Assembly (NCBI GenBank): GCA_017430235.1
Contig: JAFRNH010000008.1
Span: 2,173 to 66,172 of the forward strand
Reading direction: 5' to 3'
Length of the DNA: 64,000 nucleotides
DNA from: Paludibacteraceae bacterium
Lineage (GTDB): Bacteria > Bacteroidota > Bacteroidia > Bacteroidales > Paludibacteraceae
In this document: in pieces, positions 31,803 through 41,176 of the stretch
Layout of the letters: each line of letters opens with the position of its first letter
How positions within the stretch are numbered: position 1 is the stretch's first letter
Translations under genes and position numbers: made by a program
Notes under the pieces: generated by a model
Seen by the model: only the letters and a program-made list of their open reading frames with translations
The model's database searches: none
Told to the model about the DNA's origin: nothing

Positions 31803-32387
31803 TTATCTCTTTATTTTTTCAATTTCCGAAGCTGCTATGCACACCTTCTCATACCACTCTGCACCAAACCTTCTGATTAACGGCTCTTTCAAAAACTGAT
31901 AAACGGGAAGTCCCATCTTTTTTCCTAATTCAAAAGCTGCCTGACACACCTTCCAACGATGAACATTAATGGCCACCGTTCCATTACGAAGATTTTCCAA
32001 TCGAACAGGATATAAATAACAGGAAATCGGTTTGTAAAAATCTATCCTTCCCTCTCGACAAGCCTTTTCAATAGCACACTTACACACTCCTTGTTCATCT
32101 ACATAGGAAAACACACATTCACCACCATTCACAATCGAAGTGACACGATCTCCCTCTATATCAACATACGAGACTCCCTGCTTCTTAATCACTTCTTGCG
32201 ACACAGGAGAAAGATCATCCCATATAACCGGCAATATCTTTTCCAAAATAGGCACCTCCGACTCTTCCAACGGAGCCCCGGAATCTCCTTCTATGCAACA
32301 CTCTCCTTTGCACACAGACAAATCACAACAGAACTGTTTATCAAACAAATCCATCGAGATAATCGTATCGTCAATCTGAATCATCAT
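31803..32387 (-). CDS. Cys-rich DUF3109-like protein
   Basis: 194 aa with a Cys cluster (FCCDLSVCKGECC). Family name recalled, not verified. Confidence 0.55.
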   Translation of the reverse strand: MMIQIDDTIISMDLFDKQFCCDLSVCKGECCIEGDSGAPLEESEVPILEKILPVIWDDLSPVSQEVIKKQGVSYVDIEGDRVTSIVNGGECVFSYVDEQGVCKCAIEKACREGRIDFYKPISCYLYPVRLENLRNGTVAINVHRWKVCQAAFELGKKMGLPVYQFLKEPLIRRFGAEWYEKVCIAASEIEKIKR

Positions 32388-32495
32388 AAGTCTCTATCTT
32401 ATAAAACACTGCAAAGTTAAGGGAACTTACACAAATTACCGATTATATTATTATTTTTTTGCAATTTTCGCATTCGGAATCTAAAAACTATTCAA

Positions 32496-32503
32496 TAACT
32501 TTG
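32496..32503 (+). promoter_or_regulatory. candidate -7 promoter box upstream of repeat copy 3
   Basis: TAACTTTG, 15 nt before the 21-bp box. The box would then sit at about +8 of the transcript. Confidence 0.4.
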
Positions 32504-32517
32504 TACTCAAATCTAAC

Positions 32518-32589
32518 GGCGAGTTCTACAAATTCACCATTTAAATAAAAACTAGTATGAATTGTGGGTCATAAACTATAGAACCCACC
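32518..32589 (+). repeat. 72-bp MITE-like or leader element (copy 3)
   Basis: GGCGAGTTCTACAAATTCACC...GTATGAATTGTGGGTCATAAACTATAGAACCCACC. The ends are inverted repeats (GGCGAGTTCTA / TAGAACCCACC). It ends 15 nt before the ATG at 32605. Confidence 0.7.
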
Positions 32590-32604
32590 TAAAAAGGGAA
32601 TTTT

Positions 32605-34050
32605 ATGAAAGGCATCAGACTTTTACTCATATTAATCTTGTTTTCACAAACAATACTTGCAAAGAAAATTGTGGAAGAGGTAAAGATTGAAGACTCTCAG
32701 TTGGCTGCTCAATTAACCGATACACTCGCCTCTGACTCTGTCTTCTATGAGGAACGTCCTGAAGAGACATACGAAGAGGTTGTATACACACCCAAACAAT
32801 CCGTCTTACACATCCCTATCAGTATCAATGTATCCCTTTTAGAGAGAAAACTAAATGAAAATTTCAACGGATTGTTATACGAAGATGACAATATTGAAGA
32901 CGACAGTTTGATGATCCGTGCATGGAAGGAGAATGACTTTAAAATTGCTTACAACCAAAACATTCTGAATTATAAAATTCCTGTCAAGATATGGATAAAA
33001 AAACGTTTCGGACTTGGTTTCACCCACACCGACCAAGAGATTGAAGGAACCATCAACATGGAAATGCAAACAGCCATCAACTTTTCGAAAGACTGGGGAC
33101 TCATCACCAAGACTGAAATGCTTCAATACAATTGGATCAAAAAGCCCGTCTTGAAACTGGGTATTATCGACATTCCTATCACATCCATCGTCGATAAAAT
33201 TCTGAAAAATAACAAACAACTTCTAAACGAAAGTGTTGACGAGACTGTTAAACAATATGTCCCTCTACAAAGCTACATACAAGAGATATGGGAATCCATC
33301 CAAAACCCTATCGATATATCAACCAGCGGATACAAAGCATGGTTGAAAATAACTCCTAAGAATCTGTACACCACACCGATTGTAGGTAGTCAGGGACAAA
33401 TCAACACAACAATTGGTGTCAAATGCTTGTCTGAAATTTATATGGATGTACCTCCTAAAGCTGGTCAGAAAGAGACAAAAATGCCTCGTTTCCAAATGTA
33501 TACAAACACTGACAAACAGGTAAAAGTAAACTTATTAGCCGATGTTCCTTATACTACTATCGACTCCATTGCCAATGATATCATGAAAAACGAAACCTTT
33601 GGCGAAGGCAGACACACCATCATAGTAGATAGCATGGAAATCTTCGGACAAAAAGAAAAAATGATGATTGGAGTTCACGTACACGGATTCATCAACGGCG
33701 CCATCTATCTAGAAGGTGTTCCTTATTTCGAACAATCCTCCACCTCTATCCGCATCAAGGAGGTGGAATACAAGCTTAAGACCAAAAACGTGCTGGCTAA
33801 AATCGTCAACCTATTTTATAAAAAGGGGTTGAAGAAAATGATTGAGGAAAAACTAATCATCTCCCTTAAAGACGAAATTGCACTCATCAAGGAGAGCAGC
33901 CGAAACGAACTCTTCAACAAAGAGTTGATGGAAGATGTTTACATGAATGGTATGCTTAATCATATCACTGTGGAAGATATATTCCTCACCAAAAACGGAT
34001 TGAAAGTTGGCATCATCTTATCTGGTAAAATCAATGTGAGGGTTGAATGA
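32605..34050 (+). CDS. hypothetical secreted protein (DUF4403-like)
   Basis: 481 aa with a signal peptide. Family name recalled, not verified. The repeat element 32518..32589 lies in its leader. Confidence 0.5.
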   Translation: MKGIRLLLILILFSQTILAKKIVEEVKIEDSQLAAQLTDTLASDSVFYEERPEETYEEVVYTPKQSVLHIPISINVSLLERKLNENFNGLLYEDDNIEDDSLMIRAWKENDFKIAYNQNILNYKIPVKIWIKKRFGLGFTHTDQEIEGTINMEMQTAINFSKDWGLITKTEMLQYNWIKKPVLKLGIIDIPITSIVDKILKNNKQLLNESVDETVKQYVPLQSYIQEIWESIQNPIDISTSGYKAWLKITPKNLYTTPIVGSQGQINTTIGVKCLSEIYMDVPPKAGQKETKMPRFQMYTNTDKQVKVNLLADVPYTTIDSIANDIMKNETFGEGRHTIIVDSMEIFGQKEKMMIGVHVHGFINGAIYLEGVPYFEQSSTSIRIKEVEYKLKTKNVLAKIVNLFYKKGLKKMIEEKLIISLKDEIALIKESSRNELFNKELMEDVYMNGMLNHITVEDIFLTKNGLKVGIILSGKINVRVE

Positions 34051-34204
34051 CACAAGAGACATGACATGCTGTCTTTGCCAACTGACAAACGCTGTCAACA
34101 TGGCATTAATCAATCTAAAAAAAAGAGCGTAATCGTTTAATCTTTGTTAAAAGCCATTCTTTATGGTTAATCTTCTTTAAACTGGGACGATGTCATACAA
34201 TTTA

Positions 34205-34226
34205 TGTACGTTATTTGTACGTTATT
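34205..34226 (+). repeat. perfect 11-bp tandem direct repeat upstream of htrA
   Basis: TGTACGTTATT TGTACGTTATT, 40-60 nt upstream of the htrA ATG at 34266. Confidence 0.9.
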
Positions 34227-34265
34227 TAACAAATAAACTACAATACTAACTTAAATTGAAAAGAC

Positions 34266-35723
34266 ATGAAACATTTGAAAGAATTAGGAATATTGGTAGC
34301 TGTAGCAGCTGTTAGCGCTGGCGTTTCCTGCCTTTACGTTAAACATTATGGAAACAACGAGAAAATAATCATTCAGGAGACACAACAAGCTCCTGTTCAA
34401 TATTCAGCTTACACCCATGATGGTGAACCTGTCGATTTTACATACGCAGCTGATAAATCTGTGAATGCGGTCGTACACGTCATGACCACCTATGAGGTTC
34501 AACAATCTCAGATGAGCGATCCATTTTTAGAGTATTTCTTTGGTGAACGTAACTTTCAGCAAGCACCACAGAAAAGGCAAGCATCTGGTTCGGGAGTCAT
34601 CTTATCTAAGGATGGATATATCGTCACCAACAACCACGTTGTAGATGGTGCGGCACAAGTGAACGTCGTTTTGAATGACAAACGACAATTCAAAGCTCAG
34701 ATTGTCGGCACAGATCCAACAACCGACTTGGCTCTTTTGAAAGTAGATGCAGATGACCTTCCTACCCTACCCATTGGCAACTCAGACAACTTGAAAGTCG
34801 GCGAATGGGTTTTGGCGGTTGGTAACCCTTTCAATCTAACCTCAACCGTCACCGCTGGTATCGTTAGTGCCAAGGCACGTAACATCAATATTCTATCAGG
34901 CGACATGAAGATTGAATCCTTCATCCAAACCGATGCTGCAGTCAATCCTGGTAATAGTGGTGGCGCGTTAGTTAACACCCGAGGCGAATTGGTTGGAATC
35001 AATGCAGCCATTGCTTCACAAACAGGTTCATACACAGGTTACGCATTTGCCATTCCCACCTCTATTATGAGCAAAGTGGTGGCAGATTTGAAAGAATACG
35101 GAACAGTGCAACGTGCATTGTTGGGTGTTCAAATCAGAGACATCGATGCAGATTTTGCCAAAGAGAAGAATTTGGAGACGATGGAGGGTGCTTATGTCGC
35201 ATCCGTAGGCAGTCAGAGTGCAGCGAGCGACGCAGGCATCAAGGAGGGTGATATCATCACTCACGTCTCTGGCAATAAAGTAAAAACAGTATCTGAATTA
35301 CAAGAAAAGATTAGTCGCTTCCGTCCTGGTGATAAAGTTCAAATCACCTTACTAAGGAACGGCAAACAAGAGACTGTTTCCGTCACACTGAAGAACATGA
35401 TGGGTAACACCAATGTGGTGAAGAACTACGACACCAAGCAATTAGGAGCCACACTCACTCCGCTTACCGATAAGCAGAAGAGTAATTTGGGCATCAACTA
35501 CGGACTACAAGTGACAAGTGTAGAAAAAGGTGGTCGTTTCCAACAAGCAGGTATTCCTAAGGGATACATCATCTTACGAATCAATAATCAGAAGGTGACT
35601 TCCACCACAGATGTTGAAAGCATCATCAGCACCTTGAAAGGCGAACAAGAAAAAGCACTCTTCATATCAGGCATTCTACCGAACGGAAAGGTGGTTTACT
35701 ATGCTGTGGATATGAATGAATAA
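34266..35723 (+). CDS. htrA: HtrA/DegQ-family periplasmic serine protease with two PDZ domains
   Basis: 485 aa with the catalytic triad context (TNNHV, DLALLKV, GNSGGALV). Confidence 0.9.
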   Translation: MKHLKELGILVAVAAVSAGVSCLYVKHYGNNEKIIIQETQQAPVQYSAYTHDGEPVDFTYAADKSVNAVVHVMTTYEVQQSQMSDPFLEYFFGERNFQQAPQKRQASGSGVILSKDGYIVTNNHVVDGAAQVNVVLNDKRQFKAQIVGTDPTTDLALLKVDADDLPTLPIGNSDNLKVGEWVLAVGNPFNLTSTVTAGIVSAKARNINILSGDMKIESFIQTDAAVNPGNSGGALVNTRGELVGINAAIASQTGSYTGYAFAIPTSIMSKVVADLKEYGTVQRALLGVQIRDIDADFAKEKNLETMEGAYVASVGSQSAASDAGIKEGDIITHVSGNKVKTVSELQEKISRFRPGDKVQITLLRNGKQETVSVTLKNMMGNTNVVKNYDTKQLGATLTPLTDKQKSNLGINYGLQVTSVEKGGRFQQAGIPKGYIILRINNQKVTSTTDVESIISTLKGEQEKALFISGILPNGKVVYYAVDMNE

Positions 35724-35745
35724 ACATGAATCGATTAATCATAGC

Positions 35746-35786
35746 AAACGAAGGTGTGTCCAAAATGACACACCTTCGTTTTTTGG
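35746..35786. terminator. intrinsic terminator after htrA, possibly shared with the convergent helicase gene
   Basis: AAACGAAGGTGTGTC-CAAAAT-GACACACCTTCGTTT followed by TTTT. Confidence 0.8.
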
Positions 35787-35849
35787 GGGGCTAGTTATAA
35801 TAATCTATATCCATAAATACCGTTTGCAATACACTATGTGTGAAAATAA

Positions 35850-38800
35850 TCAATTATCATTCTTTTTCAAATATAACGCAGGTAGAAATATAGCATACTC
35901 CATATCATCCTCTTTACAATACCACCAAACAACAAAACGAATCTTCGCCTTAAAAGGTGCATAACCCATCTTCTGATATTCTATCAGTTTATCTGAAAAA
36001 GCTTTTGAAAATTTGAGAACTTTATGATTATCTTTCAACAAAAAATCTGCAGAAATATCAAGATTCATACCACTACGGAGTCTGGTAATCTGTGCTTTTT
36101 TATCCTTGAAAAATGCAAGATTGACATCCTTATGTGTCAAAGGAACTACTATTTGTTCTAAACTATCATATTGGGTATTGTCTATGCGAAACTCTGTTGC
36201 AACAGGCTGTAAATTATCCAATGCTGTAGTATTATAATGAATATTGAGATATCTTTTGGCTCTTGTAAAACCAACATATAGTTTACGTTTCTCTTCATCT
36301 GTACTAATACTAGGAGAGTTGAGGTACATATATACTTGATCAAACTCACGTCCCTTAGCTTTGTGTATAGTTGAAACCATGACCGTAGATTTTTCTGTCT
36401 TTATGAAATCATCTATTGAAGATTCATTTAGGAACAGAGTGAAATCAGACATGTATTTCTCCTCATAATTAGAATCAAACGTATTGACGATATCATTAAT
36501 TAAACTTAGGCAAGCGCTCTGCGAATATTGTTCATTCAAAGCACGCTTTGCATCTTCCCATACTTCTTTACTGATTTTAGGAGAAACGATATTTTGCCGA
36601 ATCATTTCCGTAAAGAATCTCAGTTCAGCTATATCAAACAAGTTGAAACCATCATTACTTTGAATCAACTTACATTTTATACCATTACGTTTTAGAATGC
36701 CTAAAATAATAAGTGCCTCATGATTGGTACTCGTTAACACTGCACAAGTATCATCCTTATAGTTCGTTTTTAAATCATTAATCACTGCAGTTTCAAATCC
36801 ACCTCTACAAGAATGTTTAGTCAACACCACCTTTCCATTCGTCTGTTGCTTAGAAACAATTGGCTCTGACTTCATTCTGTTTTGAATCGAAGTGACAAAT
36901 TTATTGGCAAATGTAACAATCTCTTCTGATGAACGATAGTTCTCCAACAACTTATATGCCTTAGCATTATACTTAGTAATCAACTGCTGAAAATAATACG
37001 AAGAAGAACCTCTGAACTGATAAATATTTTGATCATCATCTCCGACTGCAATCACCCGCAGATTATCATTACTCTCCATCAGCGCTTCCACCAAATGGAA
37101 CTCTTCCGCAGTCATATCTTGTGCCTCATCTATAACAAGCACCTTTTTAATAATTCTATTAGGTTCTACATCTTTGTCAAGAATCATTTTTGTTGCCTGC
37201 GGTATCACATCTTTCACATCCTCTATTTTCCCCATTCTGCCAATCAAATCAAAACAATAAGAATGAAATGTTTTAATTTCCAAAAAGCTAATATCATTTT
37301 CCAACAAACTCCTCAATCTGACTTTAAACTCTATAGCGGCAGCACGCGAAAAGGTAAGCATTAGTAACTGTTCGCACTTGATATCCTCCAATAACAACAA
37401 AGATGCTAATTTATGAACCAGCACACGAGTTTTTCCACTACCAGGACCTGCAGAAATAACAATGTGAGGAGACAAATCATCGTCAATTATCTCTTTCTGT
37501 AAAGGTGAAAGGGATTTAAACAATTTATCGTATTTTTTAGGCGTAATATTTCTTCCTATTTGAACAAGCCGTTCCTGAGTGAAATATTTTGAAAGAAACC
37601 GTTTGTAATCCATGAAGAAATAATCATTTACAAAGGTTATTGCCGCATTATAATCCCGCACCATCATATTGGCAAATTCACCTACAATATGTATTTGTTC
37701 TATTTTATGACGATAAAATTCATCTAGTTTACGATAATCTTCTTTAGTATATTGCAAACGTCCATTCTCTTTTATTCGATTAATATTCAGTCCCATATAT
37801 AACACAAGAAAACCACCTTCCAACTTCACCGAGTTAATTTTAGCAAGGAAAAGCAGAGCTTCCTCTATATCATGTACTTCAGCATGATACTCCACAAACA
37901 AATCATTATTGTAACCTTCCAAAAGTTCAATAATCGAAAACAGAATCAAAGGTTCCTTTTTCTGTGAACTTTCAAATCGTTGAGATAGAAACTTCACAAT
38001 AAAATTAGAAACAGAGAGAATTTTTATCTGCTTATTTTTCAATTCATCAATAGTCATTTGAGGAATAACTTCAACCAAATCCTGATTCTCTTGATTAAGT
38101 CTTACATATGACTTTGATTTCCAAAACAGCAAAATGGTTTTAATGTTTTTTACATTCGTTTTTATCGATAATTTTTCGGCTTCCTCATTTAACAATTTCA
38201 AATTCAACAAAATGCCATTGTCCGTCAACTTATCCAAAATAAACATAATAAGTTTTTGAAACGCAACTAAAACTTCGAGTGATTTCTTCGTGGATTCAAT
38301 AAAAGCAGAGATATCTCTATCGTCTTTCAAAATTTTCTCCTGCCTCATGATTTGCACTACGTCAACCACTTCTTCTTTAGTCATACCAAGTATATCTGCC
38401 AAATAATCCACCCTAGACTCAGCAGCCTCTGTATCCTCACGTGTGATATGTTTGCACGATATAAGTGATTTAATGACTCGTTTCGCCCTTGTTTTTGCTT
38501 CTATGCTTAGAAACAATTTTGACGCATCTATTTTCGTCGCTGCCTCTTCATAGTTTTTTGCCAAAATACTTGTAGCATAGACATGTGGAGAGTTCTTACC
38601 TCTTTGAATAAATCCAGCATTTTCTAAAGCTTGTAAAGCCGTTTTAACGCGAGTTTCAACATCGATTACCTCATAATTCCATCCAGCAGTTCTCGCTATT
38701 TCCAAGGCAGAAGAGCAAACTGACTTGCGATTCTTAGTCATGTTTTTTATCGCACGCCATATTTGATTAATCTCCGCACATGATATACGGGTTGAATTAT

Positions 38801-40595
38801 TAAGAATAAAGTGTTTATCTAAATCATTATCAGAATATAACACATAACATTCCGCTTCTAGATTCGGATCACGACCCGCTCGTCCCGCCTCTTGTACGTA
38901 GTTCTCTAACGAGTCTGAAATATCATAATGAACCACCAACTTAACATTAGCTTTGTCCACTCCCATACCAAAAGCTGATGTAGCCACCATTACTTGTACT
39001 GTGTCATTGATAAAATCGTCTTGATGACTTTGCTTTGCTTTCGGATCCATTTTTCCATTAAATGGTAATGCTAATATACCATCATTCTTCAACTGATCCG
39101 ACAACTTTACGGTTTGTTTCGTCCTTGAAACATAGACAATTGTCGGACAATCTTTCGTCTTAATTAATTCACGAAGTTCTAAATATTTTCTTGTTTCAGG
39201 TTCAACTAAACGTACTTGATAACGAAGGTTTGTGCGAGAAGCATTAGAAGCATACAACTCCAGTTCCACTCCCAAATTATCCTTGAAATAATCTTTTATA
39301 TCAGAAATGACTTTCTGCTTAGCTGTTGCAGTAAAACATGAGACAGGTATGTTTTTTATACCTTTCTTCTCTGCCAATTCCCGGATGTACTTGCCTATGT
39401 ATAAGTAATCAACCCTAAAATCTTGTCCCCATGCACTAAAACAATGTGCTTCGTCAATCACAAACCGAGCTATCTGACGAGATAATAAAAGCTTCTCTAT
39501 TGTTTTACTTCTTAATGATTCAGGAGATATATAGAGAATGGAAGCCACACCAGAATCTACTTTTTCTATTGCATTCTGGCGTTCGAGAGGGCTTAATAGT
39601 CCATTGATTGTAACCGCATCTACAATCCCTTTTTTCTCTAAATTGTCCACCTGATCTTTCATAAGAGATTGTAAAGGTGATATAACAACAGTCAAGGCTC
39701 GTTCTGTAATCCCCGAAATTAGCGCAGGAAGTTGGAAAGTTAGACTTTTACCTCCACCTGTGGGGAATATGGCTAGCAATGATTTATTATTAACAGCTGC
39801 ATTTACAGCATTTTCTTGCAAAGGTTCTCCATCATATCTTCTAAAACTCTCAAAACCAAAAATACGCTTAAGATAAATTTGAGGATTCAAAAACTCTTTG
39901 CAGTACAAACATCTATCACCACATGGCGTTCCTCGCAATCTTTTCAATACACGCTCTATCAATGGGAATTGTCGGTGGACCCAATGAGGAATAATAGAGG
40001 TTTTATCATTGGTTGAAATAATCGCAAGAGCGTAAGCTACCTCAATCGGAGCATATCCTACCATTTTTTCTAGTGGTGCATTACTACATATCTTCTTTTC
40101 AAAAAAAGTGGAAATAAGACGAACCGTATCCCCACAAGGTTTCAATTGTATATAATTGAAAAAACCATTGAATTCTGGTTTGTCATAAAGAAGATTAACT
40201 AATATCTGCAAGTATGTCTTATCTAGCTGTTGCAACGCATTTATTTCATCATAAAAGAGTTCCTTTGTTTTAATTGCATCATTAAGTGGATTAGACAAGT
40301 CATCTGATTGTATTTTATCATCTTTCAAAAGACTATGATAAGGTCTTTCTGGAAATAGCAACGGAGAAACATACAATGTATCAATGTAACGGACATTTGT
40401 CGATACATCAAAATAATTTGCATCGTGATGACAAATATTATGTCCACAAATATATTCGAATCCTTCAATAAATTTTTCAAATTCAGTCTTTTGAGATGTA
40501 TGTAATTTAACACCATTGGATTTTATTGCACCAAAATCCAACACTTTTTTTTCTTGAGGATTTACCTCCAGATCTATAAAAACCAAGTCTGACAT
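35850..40595 (-). CDS. 1581-aa fusion of a DnaQ-like exonuclease, a RecQ-family helicase and a UvrD/PcrA-like helicase
   Basis: - aa 1-125: DEDD-like exonuclease (VFIDLEV, GHNICHHD).
- aa 225-232: Cys cluster CGDRCLYC.
- aa 245-590: RecQ core (FPTGGGKSLTFQLPA, FVIDEAHCFSAWGQDFR, ATSAFGMGVDK, YVQEAGRAGRD).
- aa 1026-1455: SF1 UvrD-like core (SAGPGSGKTRV, LVIDEAQD, GDDDQNIYQFRG, LENYRSS, TIHKAKGREFD, YVGFTRAK). Confidence 0.85.
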   Translation of the reverse strand: MSDLVFIDLEVNPQEKKVLDFGAIKSNGVKLHTSQKTEFEKFIEGFEYICGHNICHHDANYFDVSTNVRYIDTLYVSPLLFPERPYHSLLKDDKIQSDDLSNPLNDAIKTKELFYDEINALQQLDKTYLQILVNLLYDKPEFNGFFNYIQLKPCGDTVRLISTFFEKKICSNAPLEKMVGYAPIEVAYALAIISTNDKTSIIPHWVHRQFPLIERVLKRLRGTPCGDRCLYCKEFLNPQIYLKRIFGFESFRRYDGEPLQENAVNAAVNNKSLLAIFPTGGGKSLTFQLPALISGITERALTVVISPLQSLMKDQVDNLEKKGIVDAVTINGLLSPLERQNAIEKVDSGVASILYISPESLRSKTIEKLLLSRQIARFVIDEAHCFSAWGQDFRVDYLYIGKYIRELAEKKGIKNIPVSCFTATAKQKVISDIKDYFKDNLGVELELYASNASRTNLRYQVRLVEPETRKYLELRELIKTKDCPTIVYVSRTKQTVKLSDQLKNDGILALPFNGKMDPKAKQSHQDDFINDTVQVMVATSAFGMGVDKANVKLVVHYDISDSLENYVQEAGRAGRDPNLEAECYVLYSDNDLDKHFILNNSTRISCAEINQIWRAIKNMTKNRKSVCSSALEIARTAGWNYEVIDVETRVKTALQALENAGFIQRGKNSPHVYATSILAKNYEEAATKIDASKLFLSIEAKTRAKRVIKSLISCKHITREDTEAAESRVDYLADILGMTKEEVVDVVQIMRQEKILKDDRDISAFIESTKKSLEVLVAFQKLIMFILDKLTDNGILLNLKLLNEEAEKLSIKTNVKNIKTILLFWKSKSYVRLNQENQDLVEVIPQMTIDELKNKQIKILSVSNFIVKFLSQRFESSQKKEPLILFSIIELLEGYNNDLFVEYHAEVHDIEEALLFLAKINSVKLEGGFLVLYMGLNINRIKENGRLQYTKEDYRKLDEFYRHKIEQIHIVGEFANMMVRDYNAAITFVNDYFFMDYKRFLSKYFTQERLVQIGRNITPKKYDKLFKSLSPLQKEIIDDDLSPHIVISAGPGSGKTRVLVHKLASLLLLEDIKCEQLLMLTFSRAAAIEFKVRLRSLLENDISFLEIKTFHSYCFDLIGRMGKIEDVKDVIPQATKMILDKDVEPNRIIKKVLVIDEAQDMTAEEFHLVEALMESNDNLRVIAVGDDDQNIYQFRGSSSYYFQQLITKYNAKAYKLLENYRSSEEIVTFANKFVTSIQNRMKSEPIVSKQQTNGKVVLTKHSCRGGFETAVINDLKTNYKDDTCAVLTSTNHEALIILGILKRNGIKCKLIQSNDGFNLFDIAELRFFTEMIRQNIVSPKISKEVWEDAKRALNEQYSQSACLSLINDIVNTFDSNYEEKYMSDFTLFLNESSIDDFIKTEKSTVMVSTIHKAKGREFDQVYMYLNSPSISTDEEKRKLYVGFTRAKRYLNIHYNTTALDNLQPVATEFRIDNTQYDSLEQIVVPLTHKDVNLAFFKDKKAQITRLRSGMNLDISADFLLKDNHKVLKFSKAFSDKLIEYQKMGYAPFKAKIRFVVWWYCKEDDMEYAIFLPALYLKKNDN

Positions 40596-40970
40596 ACTTT
40601 TCTTAACTAATCGACAAAAAGAAATATGTTCAATCTACACTATTCTGCTATTTTCTCTTTCTCGTTTCACAAAACTCATATTGCGAAACGTCCTAAGTCA
40701 CAATCTGCGCATCAAAACACAAACAATAGCAAATGTAAGAAATATTCAGAAATCAGAAGGATAATATAATTATATTCCTCAAAATAACATTAAAAACACA
40801 GTCAACCCATACCTCCTCTAAAAATTTATCCCATGCGCAAGGTTGCTTAATAAAAAAAATATAATTTTGGAGCATTAACGTTGATTGAAAATTGACTTCA
40901 ACGGAAAAATAACCAATTGTTATACAATAGGGAGTACTATACTTTTATTTCTCTTTTTAAATTAAAACAC

Positions 40971-41093
40971 ATGAAAAAACTTAATTTAGATTTCATAAAA
41001 AAAGCCGATTATATATTGGTTTTCTTATGTGCCGCCGTAGGTCTTCTTACCACTATAGCAACACAGACGTCAGCGACCTACCCAACCGTCTGA
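40971..41093 (+). CDS. possible 40-aa membrane mini-protein
   Basis: ATG-initiated ORF MKKLNLDFIKKADYILVFLCAAVGLLTTIATQTSATYPTV with one hydrophobic segment. It is locally GC-richer than its surroundings and below the ORF-track size cutoff. It may be a gene remnant. Confidence 0.2.
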   Translation: MKKLNLDFIKKADYILVFLCAAVGLLTTIATQTSATYPTV

Positions 41094-41176
41094 AGAAGGA
41101 AGGCATAGAGGTTAGAATAAGACATTATGAATAAACTAAATGCAAAGCATAACCCAACATTAAAAATATATACAAC

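Noticed and set aside
35716-35964. 82-aa plus-strand ORF starting at the end of htrA
   Set aside because: It runs through the htrA terminator hairpin and then antisense into the 3' end of the giant helicase gene, so it is implausible as a gene.
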